Assembly (NCBI GenBank): GCA_045599925.1
Contig: JAZRWV010000014.1
Span: 1-35,136 of the forward strand
Direction of reading: 5' to 3'
DNA: 35,136 bases
From: Myxococcota bacterium
GTDB lineage: Bacteria > Myxococcota_A > Bradymonadia > UBA4248
Positions 13,479-22,066 of this stretch are shown here, piece by piece (within the stretch, counting starts at the first letter, position 1; each line of letters begins with the position of its first letter). The position numbers and the translations under genes were made by a program. Below the pieces are notes generated by a model. That model was not told where the DNA came from. It saw only the letters and a program-made list of their open reading frames with translations, and searched no databases.

Positions 13479-16085
13479 TTAAAAAATAAGTGTCGGAATC
13501 GACACTGTCATCTGAGTGCTTCCAGGACGTGAAATAAGGCGTGATGCGACCGACCAGGGGAGACAGGATGTACCATCGAGCGTGCATGAATTGTCGCCAA
13601 AACACGTCAGATTGCCATTGAGAATGTCGATGAGTTTTTCGCGTTTTTCAGTCATAGGCGTGAGCGAATAAAACGCAAAATCCAACGGTGCTGCGACATA
13701 TTTCATTGTCAGAACGGATTCCGGAAATGCCGGTACCGTATAGCTGTTCCAGTAATAGAGTTTATCGACGACATTATCTTCTGAATCAAAAGATGCAATG
13801 AGAGACGCAATTGGAACGGATGCCTGACCGGAAGATGGTTCTTCGCCGCTTGGGAATTCGGGATCATCTCGAGGATCGTTAGGATCGCCGAAAATCGGGG
13901 GACCGTCAGGTTCGGACGAGTCTGTTTCGATTTCATCAATAATAATGCCACTGGTATAGGCATTTTTAACCGTCGAGAAATCAGAAATGGATGCGATAAG
14001 AGATGCACAAGGCGCTTCATGACAAGTCACACGGGATGTCGTGTAAACATTAAATACCGATGCACGGCCTGTTAAATTGCCAACGACACCACCAGTGTTT
14101 GCATTGCCGGAAATAGTTCCTTCACTATAGGCACTGTTAAGCATGGAGGTTTTGAGCTGTCCAGCAATGCCGCCCACATAATGATTTCCGGAAACGCTAC
14201 CATAAACAGCAACATTGCTGATTTGGGAGTTGTTGGCACTAGCAGTAAGACCGCCGACAAAGGCATCTTCTGCACTGATGGTGACTCCAGAATTATGAAT
14301 AATGATGTTCTTTATCGAACATCCGGTCATTTCGGCGGCCAAACCAGCGACAAACGTTTTCCCAGAGATAGTCCCATCCGAATAGTGAATATTGGAGAAA
14401 TCTGATTCGATGGCATTTGCAGTCAAACCGGCGACATGGTCATTGCCAGCAAATGAAAGTTTGATATCGAGATCCTTGATTCTGGCTGTTTGAGTATAAC
14501 CAAACAATGAAATATCGGACTCATTTTCATTACCGAGTGTCAATTTTTCAGTGAGATGTCCATTGGTCAGGACGGCACTGATGGAAATCATGTCGGCATT
14601 CTCCGAGTTCATTCGATATCCACTGAAAATGGCATCAAATGGATGATCTTTTGTGCCAATTCCTACCCAGGCTTCAGCATCTTCTCTGGAGAGAACATCA
14701 CCAAGATTGATATTATCAACGACAAAGAAAACTTTGGATGTCGAAGTGTTGATAGAACCGTCGTTCCATTTGTCTCTGAAATCTATGAAATCTTTGGCGT
14801 TTGAAATAATTTGTGCACAAAGACTGGTTTCTGCATCCTGCTGATATTCAATGGCGTTGCATTCACAAGAGTCTTTTGTGGATTTCCAGGGCGTTTCCGG
14901 ACATGCATCGAGACAGTTTGGAATACCATCTCCATCGAAGTCTGAAATGTTGTCGTCTGAATCGGCAATTCCACACCCGCAAATACCTTCAGATTGGGAT
15001 TTTTCAGGATCATTCGGGCAGACATCAATGCAATCGGGGACATTATCACCATCGAGATCTGAATTGTCATCAATGCCGCATCCACAGATACCCGGACGAG
15101 TTTTTGTTTCGTCATCAGGGCAAAGATCGAGCAAATCTGAGATGCATTTGGAAGCACCAGTCAGCTCATCGACATCGGTATCAGACTGACCGCAACCACA
15201 AATGCCCGGAAGTATTTTATTTTCATCATCAGGGCAGTAATCCGTTTCATTGCTGATACAATCTGGCAGGCCGTCTTCATCAGAATCAATATCCGGTTGT
15301 CCGCATCCGCAAATGCCTGGATTGGTTTTATCGGGATCATTCGGACACAAATCAAGTCCTTCTGCGGCACATAAATCAATGGTTCCATCCCATATTATGT
15401 CATTGATCGCACATCCGCATGAACCAGGCTGGGTTTTGTCGGGATTATAGGGACATAAATCAATTTCGATTTCGTTGCAGTCGAGAATGGTGTTGCCATT
15501 CAAGTCGATATCTGGAATGCCGCAACCACATGCACCAGGCAGCTTTTTATCAGGATCATCCGGACAGAGATCGATTTTTTCAAAGATGCAATTGGGAACT
15601 CCGGTTCCGACATCAATTTCATCCGAAACCCCGCATCCACAGACACCAGGTTTGGTTTTATTGGGGTCATCCGGACACAAATCAATTTTGTCTTCCATGC
15701 AGGTGACTGCCCCATCTTCACCAATGATATCTATCGCATTACATCCACATGCACCTGGGAACTTTTTGTTGGGATCATCCGGACAGAGGTCGATTTTATC
15801 ATCCACACAATCGGCGAGTCCATTGCGATTCTTGTCTTCATCTGACTGACCACATCCGCAGATGCCCGGATCTGTTTTATTCGGATCATTTGGACATAAA
15901 TCCCTGGGATCAGAACAAATAAACTGACCGGATATCGCGTCAATGACATCGTCATTTCCACAACCACAAACCCCTGGTGAGGTTTTGTTGGGATCATTTG
16001 GGCATAGATCCACGGGAACAGACTGTTTTTCACATCCCGAAAGCACACACAAACTGAATATGAGGAGCATATTGACTTTTTTCAT
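13479..16085 (-). CDS. large surface lipoprotein: about 10 Cys-rich thrombospondin-type-3-like repeats plus GLUG-motif repeats
   Basis: Lipobox in MKKVNMLLIFSLCVLSGC. Units of about 37 aa, D-L-C-P-x-D-P-x-K-x-x-P-G-x-C-G-C-G-x-x-D...C, repeat 10-11 times. The C-terminal half has GLUG-like units (YVGGIAGQLKTS, NTGGVVGNLTG, FVGGLTAS). GGGAG lies 8 nt before the ATG. Confidence 0.8.
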   Translation of the reverse strand: MKKVNMLLIFSLCVLSGCEKQSVPVDLCPNDPNKTSPGVCGCGNDDVIDAISGQFICSDPRDLCPNDPNKTDPGICGCGQSDEDKNRNGLADCVDDKIDLCPDDPNKKFPGACGCNAIDIIGEDGAVTCMEDKIDLCPDDPNKTKPGVCGCGVSDEIDVGTGVPNCIFEKIDLCPDDPDKKLPGACGCGIPDIDLNGNTILDCNEIEIDLCPYNPDKTQPGSCGCAINDIIWDGTIDLCAAEGLDLCPNDPDKTNPGICGCGQPDIDSDEDGLPDCISNETDYCPDDENKILPGICGCGQSDTDVDELTGASKCISDLLDLCPDDETKTRPGICGCGIDDNSDLDGDNVPDCIDVCPNDPEKSQSEGICGCGIADSDDNISDFDGDGIPNCLDACPETPWKSTKDSCECNAIEYQQDAETSLCAQIISNAKDFIDFRDKWNDGSINTSTSKVFFVVDNINLGDVLSREDAEAWVGIGTKDHPFDAIFSGYRMNSENADMISISAVLTNGHLTEKLTLGNENESDISLFGYTQTARIKDLDIKLSFAGNDHVAGLTANAIESDFSNIHYSDGTISGKTFVAGLAAEMTGCSIKNIIIHNSGVTISAEDAFVGGLTASANNSQISNVAVYGSVSGNHYVGGIAGQLKTSMLNSAYSEGTISGNANTGGVVGNLTGRASVFNVYTTSRVTCHEAPCASLIASISDFSTVKNAYTSGIIIDEIETDSSEPDGPPIFGDPNDPRDDPEFPSGEEPSSGQASVPIASLIASFDSEDNVVDKLYYWNSYTVPAFPESVLTMKYVAAPLDFAFYSLTPMTEKREKLIDILNGNLTCFGDNSCTLDGTSCLPWSVASRLISRPGSTQMTVSIPTLIF

Positions 16086-16349
16086 TCATGAATCTCCCTG
16101 TGCAGACAACAATTTTTTACCATTTCTTAATATAGCAGTGAGTTTTCAATTGGCAATGAACAATTGATTTATCTTCATGGTACAGCTCAGCTTTTGCCAA
16201 CGCACCACACCCCCACGTCCATTCCCTGCTGAACTGTTATGCATCAAATGAGATTGGGCTATCTGCAGTGGAAACGAGGAAAATGAAAGTTTTGAATAAA
16301 ACTTACCGACTCTCGTTCAATAACAATTTTTTGTCTCGGAAAACTTATA

Positions 16350-16370
16350 TTCCGTGACAATTCCGTGACA
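16350..16370 (+). promoter_or_regulatory. direct repeat TTCCGTGACA-A-TTCCGTGACA upstream of the MMPL gene (candidate operator or promoter element)
   Basis: An exact 10-bp repeat with 11-bp periodicity ends 43 nt before ATG 16414. Each copy contains the -35-like GTGACA. Confidence 0.3.
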
Positions 16371-16413
16371 TTTTCTACTTAACCTTAAAGATTAACCTAA
16401 CCCAATTCATGGC

Positions 16414-18852
16414 ATGAGTTTTAAAAAACTAATTCAGCTCAATCTGAAATACCGTTGGTTTGTTCTGGGATTTTTCCTGCTTATTACAGTATTGGCCGGG
16501 CTTCAAATGCCAAAACTCCGGTTTGAATTCAGCCCGGAAGCCATGCTCGAATTCAGTCAGGAAGAAATCGATTATCAAAACCAGTTTAACGAAAAATTCC
16601 AGACAAACCCGAATCTCTTTTTGCTCGTTTTTTCGAGTGAAAACACACTGATTGACCAGGAAGCTCTTAAGGATCTGCGCGATCTTACTTCTGAAATCGA
16701 AACCATTGAAGGCGTAACATCCTCCTATAGTCTCGCTCGCGTTCCCGACAACGAAAGTGCCGGTGCAGGCGCGCTGTTAAAAGGAAAACTTGATCCCATC
16801 GTTCCTGACGGTGAAATATCCCCCGAAATGGTGGAAAAAGTTTCGCAACGCGTACAAGATTCCGAACTTCTCACAGGCAATCTCATATCCAAAGACGGAC
16901 GCCATGCTCTGATTATGGCATCTTTGGATGCAGATCATGTCAATCCGGAAGACTTTTATCCAGTCTATGAAAAAGCTAAAGAAATTGTCGATGCCTGGCA
17001 ACAGAATGATAACAATGGCGAGTATATCGTAGATTATGGCGGACTGCCGTATATCCGTTCGATAACCGTCGACAGGATGAAAACAGAACAGCTCATTTTG
17101 TGGCCAATTGTCGCTGTTTTATATGTTATCGCGCTCTGCATTCTGTTCAAATCCTTCTGGCAGGCCATCATGCCACTTGCCTGCATTGGCTGCGTCATTT
17201 GCTGGGCAATTGCCATTATGGTGTTCAACAATATTCCAGTGACAATGATCAACAATACATTGCCGCTTCTCATTCTGGTTATCGGCGTCACAAACGGCAT
17301 TTACGTCGTCATGCGTATGCTCGATGAGCGCCGCAAAGGAAAAGATAAATCAACAGCCATTACGAGCGGCGTTTATCGCGTTGCACTGGCAACATTGCTG
17401 ACAACGGCAACAACGAGCATCGGTTTTGCATCTCTTCTCGTCGCAAAAACCAAAATCCTCAATGGCTTCGGTGGCATTACCGGACTCGCAGTTATGCTCA
17501 TTTACGTCGCCATTATTTTCCTCATGCCTCAGGCATGTTCCCTTATTAAACTTGAACCTAAAAAAGCTCAGTCTGCAGATGCCCCAAAAAACGGCATTCT
17601 CGAAAAACTCCTCGGCACGCTCTGCGATTTTTCCGTCAAATACAGAAAACTCATTATTATTGCCGGCTGCATTGTCCTCGCCGGATGCCTCGCCATTTCC
17701 ACTCAGATTCGATTCGACAGCAAAGTCAATGATGTTTTCCAGGAAGATCATCCCATTACGATGACCAATACACTCATCGAAAAAGAATTGGGCGGTATGC
17801 TTCCCGTCGAAATCGACATCTGGACCCAGGAAGAAGATTATTTCCGAAAAGTCGAAAATCTTAAGACTTTATGCGGACTTCAAAAACAACTTGCCCAAAC
17901 AGATGGCATTCTGAGCTCAATTTCTATTTGTAGTATGCTTGCGGAAGGCGGCGTCACTTTTGATGGCGAAGAAGAACCCACTCAAACAGCAGTCAGTGGT
18001 GTGCTTTTTGGCATTCGAAGATTCCAGCCGGAACAATACAACAACTATGTGACAGAAACGGGCAATAATGTTCACATCAGTCTGCGCATTCCTGATAATG
18101 GTTTTGAAAATTCCAAGAAAACGATTGCAAAGATCAAGGAACTTGCAAATGCATCATTTGACGGCACACCCGTTGAATATCGTCTGACTGGAATTGGCTA
18201 TAATTCGACGCTGGGGCTCGATCATTTCATGAGCGATCTGTTTAACTCATTGCTCACAGCATTTCTCATCATTTTTGCCCTGCTCTTTATTGCATTTCGT
18301 TCCCTGCCATCCGGACTCGTTGCGATTCTCCCCAATCTGATTCCCATCAGCATAACGCTCGCCGTTTTGCCTCTTTATGGTTACAATCTGAATACGACGT
18401 CTGTTCTCGTTTTCACAATCAGTATCGGCCTCGCTGTCGACAATTCAATTCACATTATTACGCGTTATCGCCAGGAATATCGAGGCGAACGCACGGTTGC
18501 TGAAGCCCTTCGCATTGCCATGACGAGTTCCGGACGCGCGATCCTTCAGTCCAACCTCATGCTCTGCTCCGGACTCGCCGTTCTGTTGCTCTCAGATTTC
18601 GACCCGATTAAACGCGTTGGTGTGTTGACCATTACAACGATTGGTGCCGCACTCGTCGTTTCGATTATTCTCATTCCCGCAGAAATCGCAGTCATCGGAC
18701 ACAAAATGCGTCTGCCTATTTTTAACAAGAAAAATTCGGCTCCCAGTGTGCCTTCTACATCGACGACCACGCCCAGTGAATCCGAAAATGCGAATGCAAC
18801 AGATTCGGAATCCGCTTCTGAGAATTCTGTGCAGGAACCGGCTAATTCGTAA
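16414..18852 (+). CDS. MMPL/RND-superfamily exporter (HpnN-like lipid transporter family)
   Basis: Two bundles of about 6 TM helices, each preceded by a large soluble loop. SSD-like TM block GGLPYIRS...LPLLILVIGVTNGIYV. S/T/E-rich C-terminal tail. Confidence 0.85.
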   Translation: MSFKKLIQLNLKYRWFVLGFFLLITVLAGLQMPKLRFEFSPEAMLEFSQEEIDYQNQFNEKFQTNPNLFLLVFSSENTLIDQEALKDLRDLTSEIETIEGVTSSYSLARVPDNESAGAGALLKGKLDPIVPDGEISPEMVEKVSQRVQDSELLTGNLISKDGRHALIMASLDADHVNPEDFYPVYEKAKEIVDAWQQNDNNGEYIVDYGGLPYIRSITVDRMKTEQLILWPIVAVLYVIALCILFKSFWQAIMPLACIGCVICWAIAIMVFNNIPVTMINNTLPLLILVIGVTNGIYVVMRMLDERRKGKDKSTAITSGVYRVALATLLTTATTSIGFASLLVAKTKILNGFGGITGLAVMLIYVAIIFLMPQACSLIKLEPKKAQSADAPKNGILEKLLGTLCDFSVKYRKLIIIAGCIVLAGCLAISTQIRFDSKVNDVFQEDHPITMTNTLIEKELGGMLPVEIDIWTQEEDYFRKVENLKTLCGLQKQLAQTDGILSSISICSMLAEGGVTFDGEEEPTQTAVSGVLFGIRRFQPEQYNNYVTETGNNVHISLRIPDNGFENSKKTIAKIKELANASFDGTPVEYRLTGIGYNSTLGLDHFMSDLFNSLLTAFLIIFALLFIAFRSLPSGLVAILPNLIPISITLAVLPLYGYNLNTTSVLVFTISIGLAVDNSIHIITRYRQEYRGERTVAEALRIAMTSSGRAILQSNLMLCSGLAVLLLSDFDPIKRVGVLTITTIGAALVVSIILIPAEIAVIGHKMRLPIFNKKNSAPSVPSTSTTTPSESENANATDSESASENSVQEPANS

Positions 18853-18876
18853 TTAAAGAGCCTTTTTGATTTGATA

Positions 18877-18990
18877 GGGGGCAAGCCCCCTACGGCGCTA
18901 TTTGCAATAGCAAATACGCGCCTACCCTCAGGCGCTATTTGCAATAGCAAATACGCGCCTTTTTAATGCGGGGACACCCCGCAACGCCCC
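18877..18990. repeat. mosaic three-hairpin repeat module (BIME-like) with a duplicated middle hairpin
   Basis: GGGGGC-AA-GCCCCC, then TACG, then two copies of [GGCGC-TATTTGC AATA GCAAATA-C-GCGCC] (18894-18922 and 18931-18959), then GCGGGG-ACA-CCCCGC, then AACGCCCC. The module at 26045-26127 has the same architecture. Confidence 0.85.
18931..18964 (+). terminator. candidate intrinsic terminator for the MMPL gene, formed by a repeat hairpin
   Basis: The 12/13-bp stem of the second GGCGCTATTTGC...GCAAATACGCGCC copy is followed directly by TTTTT. Confidence 0.45.
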
Positions 18991-19040
18991 TGTTCCAGCA
19001 ATCATAAATCTTTCCACAATTCCACTTTGCATTGAATAAT

Positions 19041-20042
19041 ATGGATGAAATTCAAAAAAGAAAACAGGAACACCTGGCAATGAGCCTGAATCCGGAAGTT
19101 CGAGGGTCCGGAACGGGGTTGGATGATGTCCGGCTGCCATATGATGCTCTTTTTTCGGTCACACCAGCCGAACTCAACACCCAAAGTTCGATTGCCGGAA
19201 TTCCAATTGGATTTCCCCTGATGTTTGGAGCCATGACCGGCGGAACTCCAGAGGCAGCTTCATTCAATTCTGTGTTGAGAAATCTTGCAGCCAGATATGA
19301 CCTCGCCATGGAACTCGGATCGATTCGGGCCTGTCTGAACCATCCGAAATTGCTTGAAACCTACGGAAATGGTCGTGTTCGCGCTCTCTTTGCCAATATT
19401 GGTGCTTCGGAAATCACGTCCAATAATGCAGATATTCTTGCCAAAACCTGTGAAAAGCTGGGTGCATCCGGCTTGTGCATTCATTTGAACGGGCTTCAGG
19501 AATACGTTCAGGATGACGGAAATCATGCATTTTCATGCAATCCGGATGTTCTGGCTTCATTTATTGCAAGATTTCCGATGCCGGTACTCGTCAAGGAAGT
19601 GGGGAGTGGTATTGGCGGAAAATGCGCAAAAACACTGGCAAAACTCAATATTGCAGGCATAGAAACAGCCAGTCTTGGCGGAACTTCATGGATTCAAATC
19701 GAAGCATTGAGGCGAATAGAGCCTCTTTCTGATACGACGATTCAGGCATTAAACAATCTTGGATACGACATGCAGACGTCGATAAAAGATTGCAGAGAGG
19801 CTTTGGGGCCACATAAAACCCTGATTGCATCTGGTGGTGTTCAGAGACCGGATGAACTGATAAAATGTTTGTATCTTGGCGCAGATTGTGCTGCGATAGC
19901 ACAGCCTCTGTACAGAATCTGGCAGCAGAACGGTACAGAAGCTCTCGAAAGATTCATTGACGAATGGATTGAAACATCAAAACTCATCTGGCGAAGTACC
20001 GGATGCAAATCCATTCAAGAGTTGAAATCAAATAGTAATTAG
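19041..20042 (+). CDS. fni: type 2 (FMN-dependent) isopentenyl-diphosphate delta-isomerase
   Basis: Colinear by eye with IDI-2: KRKQEHL, GLDDV, PLMFGAMTGG, VLVKEVGSGI, LIASGGV. The ORF-track start at 19032 is TTG, so ATG 19041 is preferred. Confidence 0.9.
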   Translation: MDEIQKRKQEHLAMSLNPEVRGSGTGLDDVRLPYDALFSVTPAELNTQSSIAGIPIGFPLMFGAMTGGTPEAASFNSVLRNLAARYDLAMELGSIRACLNHPKLLETYGNGRVRALFANIGASEITSNNADILAKTCEKLGASGLCIHLNGLQEYVQDDGNHAFSCNPDVLASFIARFPMPVLVKEVGSGIGGKCAKTLAKLNIAGIETASLGGTSWIQIEALRRIEPLSDTTIQALNNLGYDMQTSIKDCREALGPHKTLIASGGVQRPDELIKCLYLGADCAAIAQPLYRIWQQNGTEALERFIDEWIETSKLIWRSTGCKSIQELKSNSN

Positions 20043-20104
20043 CAATTTCGGCACAAATGTTATACACTAACGAGAGTGTTTTCTGTTTTTGATGGAGTCA
20101 TGGT

Positions 20105-20575
20105 ATGAAACGCATCATTTTATTAACAGCAGTATTATTTCTTTTTCTCAGCATTCCATCGGCTTATGCAAGTCATTATGACCTTCTCGATATCGATCTC
20201 GTTCCGGAAAGCATCACAATGCAGCTTGTGAGCAATAAAATTGAAAATACGGAACAGTTATTTGCTATTTTGATGAAGAAGAAAGAGCGGGCTGAATTTT
20301 CGAAAAAATATGGCATGCCGGCTAAAGAAGTCGATGAACTGGCCCACAAACTGGAACTTATGCAGATTGTAGGCGTTGGGCCGAAAGCAGCAGAATTGCT
20401 TAGACTTTCTGGTATTACAAGCCTCAAGGCATTGACTGAAGCCAACGAAACAGAGCTTCTTGATAATCTTCAGCGCGTAAACCGGGAAAAGAATATTACT
20501 GGTGTTCAGCCGGATATGGTAGTCGTTCACGACTGGATTGAAAAATCGAAAAAGATCATTCATCACATGGAATAG
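20105..20575 (+). CDS. DUF4332-like helix-hairpin-helix protein with an N-terminal signal/anchor
   Basis: Signal-like N-terminus MKRIILLTAVLFLFLSIPSAYA. HhH segment IVGVGPKAAELLRLSGITSLKALTEANETELL. GGAG lies 7 nt before the ATG. Confidence 0.65.
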   Translation: MKRIILLTAVLFLFLSIPSAYASHYDLLDIDLVPESITMQLVSNKIENTEQLFAILMKKKERAEFSKKYGMPAKEVDELAHKLELMQIVGVGPKAAELLRLSGITSLKALTEANETELLDNLQRVNREKNITGVQPDMVVVHDWIEKSKKIIHHME

Positions 20576-20581
20576 CTCGGG

Positions 20582-20610
20582 AAAGCCGCATTTTTTGCGG
20601 CTTTTTTTTT
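20582..20610 (+). terminator. rho-independent terminator
   Basis: AAAGCCGCA, loop TTTTT, TGCGGCTTT, running into a T-tract that ends at 20610. It starts 7 nt after the stop codon. Confidence 0.85.
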
Positions 20611-20633
20611 CAATTTTTCCAAAACAATGATGT

Positions 20634-20702
20634 GCATTGCGTATTGGCCTACGGCCAATAGCAATGCGCAAAGCCGGTCGTATTGCAACGCAAAAGACCG
20701 GC
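20634..20702. repeat. two adjacent bulged-G hairpin repeats
   Basis: 20634-20667: GCATTGC-G-TATTGGCC tac GGCCAATA-GCAATGC. 20673-20702: GCCGGTC-G-TATTGC aac GCAAAA-GACCGGC, a variant with one extra mismatch. Confidence 0.8.
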
Positions 20703-20805
20703 CCCCTCAAAAAAAAATCAAGACAGCACAACAGTCTTCAAATTTGCCCATCCAATGATTTCGTCCTAACCTGAGTACCGGCTGTTGCAAATACAGGGAG
20801 GGTTC

Positions 20806-22065
20806 ATGCGCAGAGTTCGACGATATACACAAAGAAAATGGATTACACTGGCGATATTTGGCGTCATCATTGGCTTGTGGGCATTGTTTTCGACGACGGA
20901 TATTCTCAATCGGGAGGACCGTTTTCTGCCGCAGACACTGGCTTATGCTGACGATATTGCTGTGCAGGAAAATAGTGCCATTCAGCACACGGCAACGCAT
21001 ATCGATTCCGGTGTTCGGTTTGATCTTTCGGATATTGTCTGGGAAGGCGATACGGCGTATGTCCATCTGCCAGATGGCCGCAAAGCAAAGCTCTCATTGA
21101 ACCGCGAAATGCAGGAATCCACGCTCAAATATATGAATGAGCATCCGGCTCCGCAGGGCGGTGCTGTTGCAATTGAGCCCAAAACAGGCCGTATTCTTGC
21201 CATTGTTTCCGTTTCGAATGACCGCCCGCATGTCGATCATTATGCGACAAAAGCCCTCGCACCATCGGCATCCGTTTTTAAGCTCGTTACGGCGGCGGCC
21301 CTGCTTGAAAAAGGCAGTGTCGATACGCAGGCTCGTGTATGTTATTCGGGTGGAGCGAGCATGCTCACCGAGTCAGATGTGCGAGGAAATCCGCAGACAG
21401 ACAACACTTGCGCGACACTTGAACAGGCACTTGGACATTCGATCAACGCCGTTATGGCTCGTCTGGCTTATCAGCATCTTGGGAAGGAAGATCTCGAAAA
21501 AATTGCCCTTAAATTCGCATTCAATCGCGAAATTCCAACCGAATTCATTACAGATGTCAGCGAAGCTGAATTCGTTGATGACGACATCGAGCGAGCAAAG
21601 TCTGCTGCCGGTTTCTGGCATGTCAACCTGAGTCCGATGCATGGTGCACTGATTGCCGCAGCCATCGAAAATCATGGCGTTATGATGACTCCAACCATTA
21701 TCGATGAGATTACGGATGCATCTGGTGTCGTTGTCTATACGGCCAAACCTCGTCCATGGCTCGTCACCATGTCTGCAAATAATGCCGATACACTTGCAAG
21801 ACTCGGCGAAAATACAACGCGCGAAGGGACTGCCAGAAAACAATTCTCTGCAAGAAAAGGATGGAGAAAAGGCATTCGTGTCGGAGGCAAGACGGGAACA
21901 CTCTCCAATAAACGCCCTTATTACGTCTATAACTGGTTTATCGGTTGGGGCGATGATGCGCAAGGCCAGCTGGCAGTCAGTGCACTCGTCGTAAATAACG
22001 ACAAATGGTGGATTAAAGGTACGCATGTCGCATCTCATCTGATGGGGCTTTACTTCAGGGATTAG
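20806..22065 (+). CDS. penicillin-binding protein, class-B-type transpeptidase (short N-terminal domain)
   Basis: N-terminal TM helix. SxxK (SVFK), SxN (HSINAV) and KTG (GGKTGT) occur in order. GGGAGGG precedes ATG 20806. The ORF opens at 20785. Confidence 0.85.
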   Translation: MRRVRRYTQRKWITLAIFGVIIGLWALFSTTDILNREDRFLPQTLAYADDIAVQENSAIQHTATHIDSGVRFDLSDIVWEGDTAYVHLPDGRKAKLSLNREMQESTLKYMNEHPAPQGGAVAIEPKTGRILAIVSVSNDRPHVDHYATKALAPSASVFKLVTAAALLEKGSVDTQARVCYSGGASMLTESDVRGNPQTDNTCATLEQALGHSINAVMARLAYQHLGKEDLEKIALKFAFNREIPTEFITDVSEAEFVDDDIERAKSAAGFWHVNLSPMHGALIAAAIENHGVMMTPTIIDEITDASGVVVYTAKPRPWLVTMSANNADTLARLGENTTREGTARKQFSARKGWRKGIRVGGKTGTLSNKRPYYVYNWFIGWGDDAQGQLAVSALVVNNDKWWIKGTHVASHLMGLYFRD

Positions 22066-22066
22066 G

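Noticed and set aside
16086-16413. Strand switch (mostly minus-strand genes to the left, plus-strand to the right) as a possible replication origin
   Set aside because: I found no DnaA-box-like TTATCCACA/TGTGGATAA motifs, no dnaA/dnaN nearby, and exceptions to the polarity on both sides (rlu on the plus strand, the CxxC gene on the minus strand). It is treated as an ordinary divergent promoter region.
18894-18959. Two identical 29-bp palindromic repeats 8 bp apart, which look like a miniature CRISPR
   Set aside because: There are only two units, the spacer is 8 bp, there are no cas genes, and the unit belongs to the dispersed bulged-G hairpin family.
19032-19040. TTG start for the IPP isomerase given by the ORF track
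   Set aside because: An in-frame ATG three codons downstream (19041) starts the conserved N-terminus (MDEIQKRKQEHL). There is no SD to favour the TTG.
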